64,000 nt of DNA, taken from Lama guanicoe (taxonomy: Eukaryota). Of the stretch, positions 13,101-24,539 are shown one piece after another. Where the stretch lies: positions 1,612,001 to 1,676,000 of the forward strand of contig MU053881.1 of NCBI GenBank assembly GCA_013239625.1, in the 5' to 3' direction. Position numbers and translations under genes: made by a program. Under the pieces are notes generated by a model. The model ran no database searches. It was not told the origin of the DNA and worked only from the letters and a program-made list of their open reading frames with translations. Numbering within the stretch: position 1 is the stretch's first letter; each line of letters starts with the position of its first letter.

Positions 13101-13914
13101 AGACTTTCTCTCTTAATACAAATTTGCTCAGCCCACCCTTCAGCTGCCTAAGCCAAGAGCTGCTGGGAGGGGGCTCTGCCAAGCCCTAGAAGAGACCTGT
13201 TACTGGGCCGCCCCAACGTGGCACCCATGTGCCTTACAGCTCCTTACGTCTGTCGCTCACGAGGACCCCTCAAGGAATCCCTTGAAATGTCTACTGCAAG
13301 ACACAGAAGCCCTTTACTGAAAGTGCTTCCCTGAGCCTTATCACCTTGACCTAGAGACGACGTGCCAACCCTCGTCCCCTCCAGCTGTGTTCTGCATCTC
13401 TCCAGGTCCTCTGGATGCGACATTCCACTTTTTAGCTCTGGTGTCTATACCACGGTCTGTTTCTTCGAAAAGGAGGCACGTAGGAGGGTGGTGCTGGTGC
13501 CGCAAGAGCCCTGGCAACCCCGGGCCAGTTCCTGGCTCCCGACGAGCTCTGACTTGAACAGGTCACCTCGTCTTGGGCCTCAGTTTCTTTTCTGTCAGTG
13601 GACCAATCACGGCCATACCTCAGAGTTACCAGCAGGATGAAAGATGCAGCAGAAGCGCCCAGCACGTGGCCTGCAGAGGCCAAGCACGGCTCAGCCGCCC
13701 GCCCCCCAGGCTCCCCGCGCCCCCCTCGCCTGAGCCCCTCCCGCCGGGGCCCCTGGGAGATGCTCTCGGGGCTGGTGTGAGCCGTGGTCTGGGCTCCCTG
13801 GGCCCATCTGAAATGCTTTCTTACAGCTGCTCCTGACTCGGGGGGAGGACCCAGCCCGGAATGGCAGGGCCTGGGGAGGGCGTGGGGAGGGCGTGCCCAA
13901 GGTGGGCTGGAACA

Positions 13915-14108
13915 CAGGGTCCTACCGTACAGCACAGGGAGCGCTAGTCAATACCTTGCAGTAACCTAGCATGGAGAGGAAAAGGAATATATGTGCGTAT
14001 ATGTCTGACGGAAACATTGTGCTGTACCACAGGAATGGGCACGTTGTAACTGACTGTACTTCAGCTAAAAATAAACAAATAAATAACTCTGAAACTTAAA
14101 AAAAAAAA
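13915..14108 (+). mobile_element. Short 5'-truncated L1 3'UTR with poly-A
   Basis: TACAGCACAGGGA...GTAACTGACTGTACTTCAG...A-tail. Confidence 0.8.
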
Positions 14109-14344
14109 GCAGGCTGGAGGCAGCCCCGGTGCTGGCGGCCCATGGCCTTTTGTTTAGGTATCTAATTCATGGGCTTCTAAGAGCCATCTCTGGGCCCCTT
14201 CCATTTTGTGGTTCATGATATGTTAAAAAATATATAAATAACAGTCACTAACGCCAAGAAGTAGTTATAAAAATTGTCAACTCTTCTAACTGCTCACTTT
14301 CCACAAGCTGCTTCTCGCGCAGGAGGCCGAAGGCAGGGCTGGGA

Positions 14345-14560
14345 GGCCAGGGCTCTGGGTCTACACTGCACGGTCCCATCCACTACCAGCTGTAGGACCG
14401 CGGGGGTCAGCTGATCCCTTTGTGCCTCAGCTTCTCCACCTATGAGATGGAGAACATAATCGCCGCCTTCCTCCGAGGGTTGATGTGAGGAACATGTGAG
14501 TTAGGACCATGGAACTGAAATGCCACACCAAGGGGAAATTAAACACTCAATAAACGGTAC
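14345..14560 (+). mobile_element. MIR SINE
   Basis: TGTGCCTCAGCTTCTCCACCTATGAGATGG...GGGTTGATGTGAGGA...ACACTCAATAAAC. Confidence 0.7.
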
Positions 14561-15805
14561 CACCTCCCTCTTGTCTTTGTTAAACACTGTCGGGGGGCCG
14601 CTGTGGCTGTCCAGAACCGTCAGCTCCTTTGGGAAGAATGTCGGTGGCCCTCTGTGAATGGAAGGTGGGGGCCCGCCCACCCCTGGCACCCCGCTCCCCA
14701 ACCCCGAGATGGGGTTCTGTTCATTTGCTCACTGAATGGCACAGTGTTCAAGCAGGCTCTCCAGGTCTGCTCACTGGGGCAGCGGGGCTCTGCACCGGCC
14801 TGGACAGCCATCCTGGTTCCAAACAAACATTCTCCTCACAACCCCAGTGGCCTGTGGCATTGCCTCCCCGAGCTCATTCAGGGCTTTACAACAAGCAGCC
14901 GGGTGCAGGCCTGTCGGGCTCCCTGCCGCCTGGTGGAGCGTGGAGGGTGGAGGGTGAGCCTGCGGGGACATAAATGCCTTTGGAATGAGCCGTATTTGCT
15001 GAGCAAGAGGCTGTGATTTTAATTCCTGGAGGACAACATGACCCCCCCGGGGCCCAAGCAGCCTGCCAGTTGGCCAGCCTCTCTTGGCGTCAGCATCCCC
15101 ACCAGGAGTGCCTGTCCCCCAGGCCCTCCCAGAGGCATCCACAGGACACACTGCGTCCCTCCTACAAGGGGCAAAGGGCTTTGTTAGTCCAGTCTGGAAA
15201 TGAGCGTGGAGAAACTCCTGGGCGGCAGTTTCCAGCTCCGAGGTGGGTCTGAAATTTGTAAAACAAAATGATCTAGGGAGATGTTTTAATAATCCTGCCA
15301 TGGGAGCTCAAATCCAGGGACTTCCCCTGCCTTTTCTGCTCAAGGCACACCTGCACAATTGTCCTGGGGCCCCAGGCAATCTTAGGGAGCTCCAAGCTGA
15401 AGGTCTGGGGGATTCGGAGCCACCTGACGCCCCACTCCCTTTCTGGAGTTCTGGAAAGAGGCTTCCAGTGCCATGGGAAGGGCCAGCTGGGAAAGCCTCA
15501 GGAGGCTGTGGACACATTCAGGGATGGTAAGAAGATCTTGGCCTTAAGCACAGTGACCAAGGGGTTCAGAGGACAGGTCCTGGAGTCACCCAGACCTGAG
15601 TGCAAAGCCCTGTTCTACCATCTCCTTGCTGTGTGCCCATGGGGACCCCACTGTGCCCCGTGACCACACTGTTCCCGGCTCTCAGTAAATACACAGTGGT
15701 TGTCACTAGCCACGCTGCCGGCAGCATCACTGTGGTCTTCATCAGGCTAACTTGAGTTCACGGTCTTGCTCTGGCCCGTGGTCACTGAGCACCCTGGGAG
15801 CACTT

Positions 15806-16268
15806 CTTTTCTTTTCTTTTTAATTATGGTAAAATACACATAACTTATAATTTGCCATTTTAACCATTTTTAAGTATATAATTCTGTGGTATTAAGTACA
15901 TTCTGTGCAACCATCACCACCAGCCATCTGCAGAACTCTTTCCATCTTGCAGAACTGAAGCCCTGTTCCCATTAAAAACAAGCCCCCAGTCCCCAGCCCA
16001 AGCCCCCGACAACCACCATGCTACTCTGTCTCTGAATCTGACCACTCCAGGTACCTGGGAAAAGCGGAATTATTCAGTGTTTGTCCTTTTGTGACTGGCT
16101 TACTTCACTTAGTGTAAGTCTTCAAGGTTCATCCATGTTGGAGCACGTGTCAGAATGCCCTTGCTTTTTAAGACTGAATAATATCCCATCGCACATAAGT
16201 ATTAGAAGACATTTTGTTTATCCATTCACCCGTGGATGGGCATTTGGGCTGACTCCACCTTTTGCTGT
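15806..16268 (-). mobile_element. L1MB-like 3' fragment, antisense
   Basis: AATTTGCCATTTTAACCATTTTTAAGT...TGTCCTTTTGTGACTGGCTTACTTCACTTAG. Confidence 0.85.
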
Positions 16269-17309
16269 TGCATCTGGGAGCCTTTCTTGACTTCTCTGAG
16301 CGTTAGTTTTCCCAGTCTTTATAGAGAAAAGAATGGAGAGGGTTTAAAGCATTTTCCAGAACTGTATAGAGATTCAAGGAGATAAATTGCACAAAAGCTC
16401 CTGGCCTCAGGGGCTGGCAGGGGCGGGGGAGGTGGAGCCAGGGGAAGAGAGAGGGGCCTGGGCAGACGGTCCCAGGGTTGTGAGGACAGCAGTAAGGCAG
16501 GCATTGCGGGGAGGTGTCCTCGGGGGCGGGAGGTGCCAGGAAGGCTTGGGGGAGACCACCACTTTGAGAGCCAAGTCATCTCTGCTCAGGCCTCCCAGGA
16601 GCCTGTCAGGGTTCACGCCCCCTTTGGAGTTGGTCAGTGACATGAGTTCTCCAGTCCAACCGGAGATAAGACTTTTATGAGTCAGAACTGGTTCCATTTT
16701 GTCTGGCCTCTAACAGTGCCTGAGAAAAGCATCGTCCCCCCTGTGGAGTTACGTCCTTACTGTGCAGATGGTTGTCACAAGCCACGTCACTTAGCAGCAA
16801 GCTGGAGCCCTCGCCAGCCCCTGCTCAGCCTGAAACCTCAGGATTTCTTCGAGAAATCTCATTACCAGACCCTTTAGCCTCTGCATCCTGAACCCCAGGC
16901 CCACAGACAGACAGTGATGAGGGACATGGAAAAGCTCCAGACCAGCCCTGCACTCATGGGCTCAAGGTCAGGGTGTAACTGAGGGCTCAGCCAGCATCGG
17001 GACTCAAATCCTGCCCGTGGACCACACTTGAGCTCTACTGAAATACGGCTGCCATGTCTGGGGCTCTCCCCACCTTGGGAAGCACACAGCCCATTTACAT
17101 CAAGTCCCCAGCCTCTGATGGCCCAGAGGCCCCTAGGCAGTGGGTCCCAAACTGCTACCAGAGGCAAGTTCATGTGCCCACCGCAGGGCACGTGGGCAGC
17201 TCGTGCGCGATCCTCTGATTGGCTGATGTTGGGGTAACAGGGCGTCAACACCATCAACCCCCAGGCACCAGGTCTGGGGGCCACGTGCTCTCACTCACCA
17301 AGTAGTTAA

Positions 17310-17461
17310 TTTCTTCCCTTTGGTGGTGGTTTTTAGCATCTGGAAAACTCAGGAAATACGCATGAGATACTGTTATCTGGGTGCTTCAGAGAGGAGCTGC
17401 AGCAGAGGACATGGGGGAGAAGCCTGGTCTGAGAAAACCCCACAGGGTCCTTCTCAGTTAC
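17310..17461 (-). mobile_element. ERV LTR fragment (Laurasiatherian ERV1-like)
   Basis: TTCAGAGAGGAGCTGCAGCAGAGGACATGGGGGAG...CCCCACAGGGTCCTTCTCAGTTAC resembles an LTR end I recall from ungulate/carnivore genomes. Confidence 0.5.
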
Positions 17462-18877
17462 TAAATCAGCCCCTCTTTTGTGCCCCCATACTGGCGTGTC
17501 TGCTACCAGCTCCTCTGTTAAACAATTCTGCAAGGCAGGGGTGGTCGCCATCAGCCCTAAACTCTTATCCTCGTGGACTGGACACCTAAAGCTCAGAGAG
17601 GTTGAGTGACTTGCTCCAGCTGAACAGCTCTCTTTCAGTCATATCTCTTCCCCTCCTGCACCAGCACCGCCTGGTTGATGCCTGTTGCTCACAGCCTCTG
17701 GAAGGAAGCTTTGCTGTGAGACACCAGGGTCCCCACAGCTGCCAGCCTCTGACCCAGAGCCGCATGGGTGCCACACAGAGGTGAGGAGACCAGTCTGAGC
17801 TGGTCTTCTTCACTGGCAGACTCTCCAGCTGGGACCGTGTTTCCAGCAGCATCCTTGGGAAGGTCGATCAAGACAGACTCCCAGGTACCTCCTGGGACAG
17901 CCTGAGTGTCTACATCTCTGCAGCAGCAGGAGACGTTCTCCGACCGTAGAAAACCAACAAGCAGAAAGCTCTGGGGCAAACCGCTGGGCCGGGGACCTGG
18001 CTTTGCTGGTTTGGAGAATGTCTTAGCCGCAGCCAGCTGGCCCGGCTTCCCCCTGGGGTGCCCTGCTGCTTGCCCGGGGGGCCGCCCCTTCCATTGTCAA
18101 GGCTGCCTGCCGGGGGGTTCAGCATGCCTGGCACAACTGTCCTTGCCCCTTAGGAACCACAAACTGATGGTGAAGGGCTTCCCAAGGCACCAGCTGTGTG
18201 GCCTTGGGCAAGTCTTTTCGTCCCACTGAGCCTCGGAGTTCCCCTCTGCACGGTCCTCCTCTGCACAGCCCTCCTCTGTACCTTCTTCAGAGGGCCAGGC
18301 AGGGAGTAGACGAGCTCCCGGGATGAGCCGCAGGAGGCCTGGAGCAGAGGGTTCCAAGTTCATGTTCACTGAGTGAGAAGCTGGCCTGGCGCCTAGTGGG
18401 TGCTGAAGCAGGGCTGCTGCCGTTGCCTGGCCCTCTGCACCTGCTGATCTGGAAACTGAGGAGGGGCCGTCCTTCCTGCCTTTCCCCGCTGCAGGTTCCA
18501 CCATCCAGGCACCACGTGCGCCAGGCCTCTCTGTGTTTGCAAAAGCAGCGGATAGGGAGCCTGGCGGTCAGCGTGGAGCTCAGCTCCAGCACTCCCCCTC
18601 TCCCAGGGCCTCTGTTTGGCCAAGCACGGCAGGCCTCGCCACCTCTGTCTCCTGCCACGGGGAGAAAGGAGGGCAGAAAGTGACCCTCACGTCAACAGCC
18701 TTGCCCATCAAACCAGGTAGTCCTGCGTCTCCGCTAAGCTGTGGATCTTGTGAGATTTGACAGTCTTTTAAAGAGAATGCCAGGAAACGGGGCGCAGGGA
18801 CGTAAGACCTCCTCACCCATGCACACTCTCCCTCCTTCCTTCTTCCCTCAACAAATGCCGCCAGGTCCTGCCCCACG

Positions 18878-19240
18878 CTGGGAGTATTCAGCCTTAAAAA
18901 AGAAGGAAATCCTGTCCCGGTCTGCAATGTGGATGAACCTTGAGGACATTATGCTACGTGAAATAAAACAGTCACAGAAAGACAAATGCTGCGTGATTCC
19001 ACTTACCTGAGATACCCGAAATAGTCAGACTCATAGCAACAGAAATTAAAATGCCTTTTCCCAGGGGCTGGGGCAGGGGGGGTGGGAGGGGGGAGCTGTT
19101 TGATGGATAGTTTCAGATTTTACAGGATGAAGAGAGCTAGAGATGTGAGGCTAACACTGCTGTACTGAACACCTAGAAAAGGTCGAGATGCAGAATTGCA
19201 TGTTGTGTGTTTTAGACCACAATGAAAAAAATATTTTTAA
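18878..19240 (+). mobile_element. L1MB/L1MA-like 3' fragment
   Basis: GAGTATTCAGCCTTAAAAAAGAAGGAAATCCTG...GGATGAACCTTGAGGACATTATGCT. Confidence 0.85.
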
Positions 19241-20181
19241 ATTACAAACTCAGGAGTACAAGAAATAGCATGTTTCTCATTTTTTAGTTTTGTTTAACCA
19301 TCCTGATCTCAAGCCCCCGTGTCCATAAGGCAGGCAGGAAACGCATTCTCACCGCACCCCCGGTACCCACAGAAGTTTCAGAGCCTAAGATAGCGCTGAG
19401 CACCCTGTCCCCATCCACGTGAGGCTCTCCGCTCTCTCTTCCTCCCTCTCCCCCATCCAGGACGCCGCCTTAACTAAAGTCAGGGGGCACACTAACCAGG
19501 GCCTGCTTCTGCTCTTCTGCCCTGTTCCAATCCCCAGGTCAGGCAAATGGGCCTGACCTCCTGCTTGAAAACGAGGAGAATGATAAAGGGAAACACACAC
19601 ACGCACGCACGCACACACCCCATCCTGCCGCAGACCTGGTTCATGGCCAGCCTCTGCCTCACCTCTGTGGTTGTTCCACGTATTTTGGAGGGTTTGAAGG
19701 TTGACTTTTATAGCAAAGGACAGTGCTTGTGACACAGCCTGTTCCTCTGTGGCCTCCGGGCTCAGCCTGGAGCTGGGCATCCCAGGAGGAGCAGGATAGA
19801 GAGAGAGGGGTGTAAAATGCTACTTAAAACTGCAGTCTCGTGCCTGCGACCTCACCTCTGCGTGCCGTCCCCTCTGGCCCCTGAGAAAACTGGACGGAAG
19901 AATCGCGGGGTAGTTAGACTGAGGAGGGGTGAAGATGGAGGCAGAGGGGGGAAGGCAAGGGGGCTTCAGGGACATTTGCAGCAAGTGCCAGGAGAGGCGG
20001 CGGGATGAGGGAGGGGGTGAGGGCTGAGCTCGAGTGGGTTTCAGGCAGCCCGGTTCCATAACCCAGAGCCCTCTCCCTCCTCAGCATTGAGGTCACTCAG
20101 GTCCTAGGGGCTGACTTGGGCCAAGGGGGAAAAGGTGGGGGCAGGGTGCTCTGCATCAGATTCAGAAAAATTCAGATACAA

Positions 20182-20480
20182 CAGAAACAGACCCATAAAC
20201 ATAGAATACAAACTTGGGGTTGCCAAGGGGGCAGGGGTTGGAAAGGGATAGGCTGGGATTTCAAAATGTAGAATAGATAAACAAGATTATACTGTGTAGC
20301 ACAGGGAAATATATACAAGATCTTGTGGTAGCTCACAGCGAAAAAGAATGTGACAATGAATGTATGTATGTTCATGTGTAACTGAAAAATCGTGCTCTGC
20401 ACTGGAATTTGACACAACGTTGTAGACTGACTATAACTCAATAAAAAAAAAGTTAAAAATAAAATAAAATAAAAAGAAAG
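20182..20480 (+). mobile_element. Young camelid-type L1 3'UTR insertion with 12-bp TSD ATTCAGATACAA
   Basis: Identical TSDs at 20170-20181 and 20481-20492; A-rich tail. Confidence 0.9.
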
Positions 20481-20882
20481 ATTCAGATACAAATGTATGA
20501 ATGGAGGGCTGGGTAGCAAAAAGAATGTGCGTGAGTGTGCACATTATCTGGGATGAATCACGAGGAATTTATAAGCATCTCCCTGGAGCTGTGGGGGAGG
20601 GGAGGGAGGTGCCGATGGGTCTCGGAGCCAAGAAGGACGCTGGATGGGTAGGACTGAGCCTGTTAGCACCGAGTTTAAGCATTTGAGATGCTGCAATAGT
20701 GTCTTTTTATGGCGTTTTGTCTCTGTAGTTTTATTTTCGTGAATGTTAAAAAGCATTTGTCAGGGCTTTCGTAAGAGAATGCCTGCCCTCAGCCTTATTT
20801 TTAAGTCTGAAATTTCTCAGCGGCAAACTCTTCTGCCTCAAGACTTTCTAGGTAGGGATCGGGGAGGGTGTGGGGAGTGTGT

Positions 20883-21020
20883 AGGGAGGGTGTAGCTCAG
20901 CAGTGGAGCACGTGCTCAGCTTGCACAAGGTCCTGGGTTCGATCCCGGGCACCTCCATAAAAATAAATAAATAAACTTTATTTCCCCCAAAAAGTTTAAG
21001 AGAAAAATAGATAAAATTTT
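20883..21020 (+). mobile_element. tRNA-derived SINE (camelid Vic-1-like)
   Basis: A-box TAGCTCAGCAGTGG, B-box GGTTCGATCCC, (AAAT)n tail. Confidence 0.85.
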
Positions 21021-21321
21021 ATTTAAAAGAGTTTCCAAGCAGCAAACCCTTATGAATGCGGAAGGACTTGTGAATGAAATAATGAACGGATAGTTGAATA
21101 AATGAATGAATGAGGGGTGAGAATGCAGCCAACGGGGTGGGGCCTCTGCAGGGGAGCCGGGGTGAGGGAGGGAAGGAGACAGGGCTTTCTCCCGCTCCTC
21201 TCTGCTCCCCCAGGCCACAGTTGCGGGGGTGGTGGGGAGTGGGGGGCCCAGCAGCAGGCAGGCTACGCCCGAGCCCCCTGGCTTCCCTTCTTAACAAGCC
21301 CCTCCTTGTTCTCCTGTCCAG

Positions 21322-21366
21322 GCCCCCCAGGACGGCGCGGCAAGCCTGGAAGAAGAGGCGATCCCG
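21322..21366 (+). CDS. COL23A1: Collagen XXIII alpha-1 coding exon (probably exon 3), 45 nt, phase 1-1, (G)PPGRRGKPGRRGDP(G)
   Basis: Branch-like CTTAAC, then a pyrimidine tract and CAG acceptor (AG 21320-21321); CCG|GTGAGT donor. Gly-X-Y translation matches the recalled COL23A1 sequence and is visible inside supplied ORF 21117..21464. Confidence 0.95.
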
Positions 21367-21979
21367 GTGAGTGCTGGGTTTTCTCAGCTCCTGAGCCTAG
21401 GCCTGGAGGTCTGCCCTTGACCTGGGACGGGGCTGGCGGCGCCAACCCCCATACCGCCCTGTAACTCAGGACGCTTGGTCCCGGCCCAGGTCTTGTGTCC
21501 CCTCCAATTCCAGCCACTGTCCCCAGAGCCGTGGTGTCCAGGGCTGCCTTTCTTGGCTTCTTGATGTAAATCCAGTGTCACAGTTCCAATGACAGTCCCC
21601 ACTGTGCCCTTGGCCACCCCCTCAAATCTCATTATTGGCCTCAGAAATTTAATCCCTGGTTTTCCCTCCAAAGCGGCCTCCTGTCTTTGTGGGAGTTGAT
21701 GGTGATTCCACCACCCACAGTCGCTACCCTGGGACCTTCAGCACAAGATGGTTCTCCTGTGCGTCCCCATCCCTCCCCAGACCTGGCCTGCCCTTCCCTT
21801 GGCAGAGCCACCAGCAGCCGTCACCTTCCTCCCATACAAACCGCAGGCTCACCTGTCCTCGCCCCACCCTCCCCCCAGCCGTCTTCATTTCTCCCAAAAT
21901 GCACTCTCTCTGCGCAGCCCTTTCTCCAGACTCGCCATGAAGCTCCCTCAGAGGCCACTCGCCCCTGCCCCGCTCATCC

Positions 21980-22830
21980 CGGCCCCCCCCCAGGCTCCTC
22001 TCACTGTCACTCCACCCACATCCTCAGGGCCCGGGTTACCACTGACCTCCCGATCGCCTGGCCGGCATGAGCTGCTGTCTGTCTTCCTGACCCTCGGAAT
22101 TTCTCTGTGTTTCCTCCCACATCTCTGACCCCTTCTTGTTTGCCTTCCCAATGGGACCCCACTTGCCTCTTAAGTGGATCCACCCTTGGCCGTCTCTTCT
22201 CCTCCCTCCCACCCCTGTGGCTCCAGAGCCCCCATACTGCTGGCGATGCCCCTCTTCCTCCAGCTAAGTCATCTCTGGGCCCAGAGGTTGGACGTGGCCC
22301 CACTGAACCCAGCACCTCCCCAGCCTGCTCCCCCCAGGCTCCCCACTGCAGGGACGGGACTCCAACCACCTCCTTCCCTGCACAGACACCGGGCTGTCAT
22401 CTTTGCTCCCTCCCCCGCCATCTTTGCTCCCTCCCCCTCCACTTCCACGCAGAGTCCTGCTCAGTCTCTTCCCCAGGAGGTCTCAGACCTGTGCCCTCTC
22501 CTCTGTCTTCATCAGCACAGCCTCCTGCCACTCTCACCACCCCTCCCCCCATGTCCCTCATTTCCAGCCTCATTGTGGGAGTCCGGGGCCCTCCCACTCT
22601 GAGCCTGCGCTCTTCTGCCCTCCCCCACCCAGAATGTCTCCTCCTCTACCTGGACTCTTACCCAAGGTCATGACTCTTTGTCCTTGAAGTCTAGCTCAAG
22701 CATCTCCCCCCAAAAAGCCCTCTCCAGCCCCTCTGGCTGGGGCTGTCACCCCGAGTCTTCAGCACCCAGCCCAGAGCCTGGCGCAGAGCAGGATCCAAGG
22801 ACTATAAATGCACAGAGCAGTGAATGAAGG
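21980..22830 (+). mobile_element. Degenerate L2 fragment
   Basis: Pyrimidine-rich L2-like body ending in CCCAGAGCCTGGCGCAGAGCAGG...GTGAATGAA. Confidence 0.55.
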
Positions 22831-23429
22831 AGTACATGGATGCACACATGCTCAGCCCAAAGCAACTGCACAAGGAGGGCATGGTGATGATGCCAGAGGG
22901 GTCCACCACCAAGAGAACCCAGGCAGACTGGGCCTGGGGAGGCAGGACAGGTTCTCTCTAAACCTCAGACTCTTCCTCCTGGCGCTGGTGTGGGTTCTTG
23001 TCCCCACCTTCCGCTACGTGCTCGCGCTATCTAGTTCCTTACATAGAAGCCTTCCAGATAAACTCCCAGAGTTCACTGGCAGGATACGCCTCTCATGGTA
23101 CTATGTTTGCTTTGACTTCCAGAAGCAGAAGGCTGTTTTGTGTTTGGTTGCAATGGATTTTGTGTGTAATCACCACCCCCCCGCACACCAGCCCACCAGA
23201 TACGCACTTCATCACTCAGTTCTCATTTCTGCCCTCGTAAAAGGGTTTATTGCCTTTCGTTGTAAGCTCCCGATGTCTTTTCTGGAAGGAGATGAGGAAT
23301 ACATAGTGACTTTTTTTAGGACAAAGTATAATATTACTCAACTTACTCAAAAACCCAATAGAATTTTGACTCCAGTTTACAACACTCTAAAAGTCAAAGA
23401 AAGACCAGGACTTACTGGACCCCTGATAC

Positions 23430-23570
23430 TGCACTGGGCCCTTTCAAGTCCTTCATCTCATGTGATCCTCACAGAGCCCTGTGAAAGATAAGCATATGTC
23501 CTTATCCCCATTTTGCAGATAAGGAAACTGAGGTTCCAGGAGGAAGAAGTGTCTGGCCTAAAGTCAGCTG
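23430..23570 (-). mobile_element. MIR SINE
   Basis: TTATCCCCATTTTGCAGATAAGGAAACTGAGG. Confidence 0.8.
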
Positions 23571-24539
23571 CCAGGCAAGCTGCTCCTCCCCTTCACTGCC
23601 CGTCCCCACGTGGTGTCCTGACTCTCTGCCTGTCACAGAGGGGTGTGCATAGCACAGAGCAGATGTCTGTCTCTGCTTAGCTTTGGCTGGGCCTCATGTT
23701 TATTTCTAGATAGTTGCACACACATGCACCTCCTGGCTTTGGGCCCTTCCCTTGTACAAACCAGGCTCTTCCTGTGCCCCGAGGAGAAAGGCTCTTTTTG
23801 CCCAGTGGGACAGTATCTGGCCGAGATGGCTTCCTGCTGCTACTGCTGCTGCAGCTGCAGACAGAGCTGACCCTGCCTGCCTGCCTGTGGGGATGGGTCC
23901 TCTCCAGTTCCCAGTGAGAGCCTTTGCCTGGAATATGCCTTACAGGTCCTACAGTGTTTATGTGTCTCTGTCGTAATGGAAGGGATTTTTCACCTCCCCA
24001 CTGGCCCATTCCCTAGGGAAGCCCAGCACTGCCTTAGGATCCTCTTTCTAGGGAACTTAGGCAGAACCCTTTCTCTTTCCAGATCCCCCTTTCCCCAAGA
24101 GCATCCATCAGTCCCCCTGGTGCCCACAGCCCCCGATCCCTCCCTCTGTCCCATTGCTTCCTGCAGGCCTGGTGGTCTGCTCTGCAAACATGTTCTTCCC
24201 CACCAAAGCATGGGCTCCTCAGAGCAGGTGCTTGACCCCCCAGGCACTAAATAGATAGTCAATAAAAGCTTGTTTATAGGAATTGGGGAGGAAAGGGAGG
24301 AGAGAGAGAGAAAGAGGGACTGATGAGCAAATGAAGGGTAAAGCGTTAGGAAGCTAGAAGAGCCAAGGATGAAAACAGTCAAAAGCTACTTGGCTGACGC
24401 TTGCGCTAAACCTGCAGAGACAAACAGAGGTGCTTCCCGGATCCCTACGGCTGCCAGCCTTAGGTCAGCAGTTTTAGTACTGGGGGTTTTTTAGCCACCC
24501 TGGCCGCAAGAAACCGTTCCTAAAAATCCACTGGAAGAA

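Noticed and set aside
22808..23491. 227-aa + strand ORF
   Set aside because: No recognisable domain; starts in an L2 tail, ends in a MIR, and is intronic
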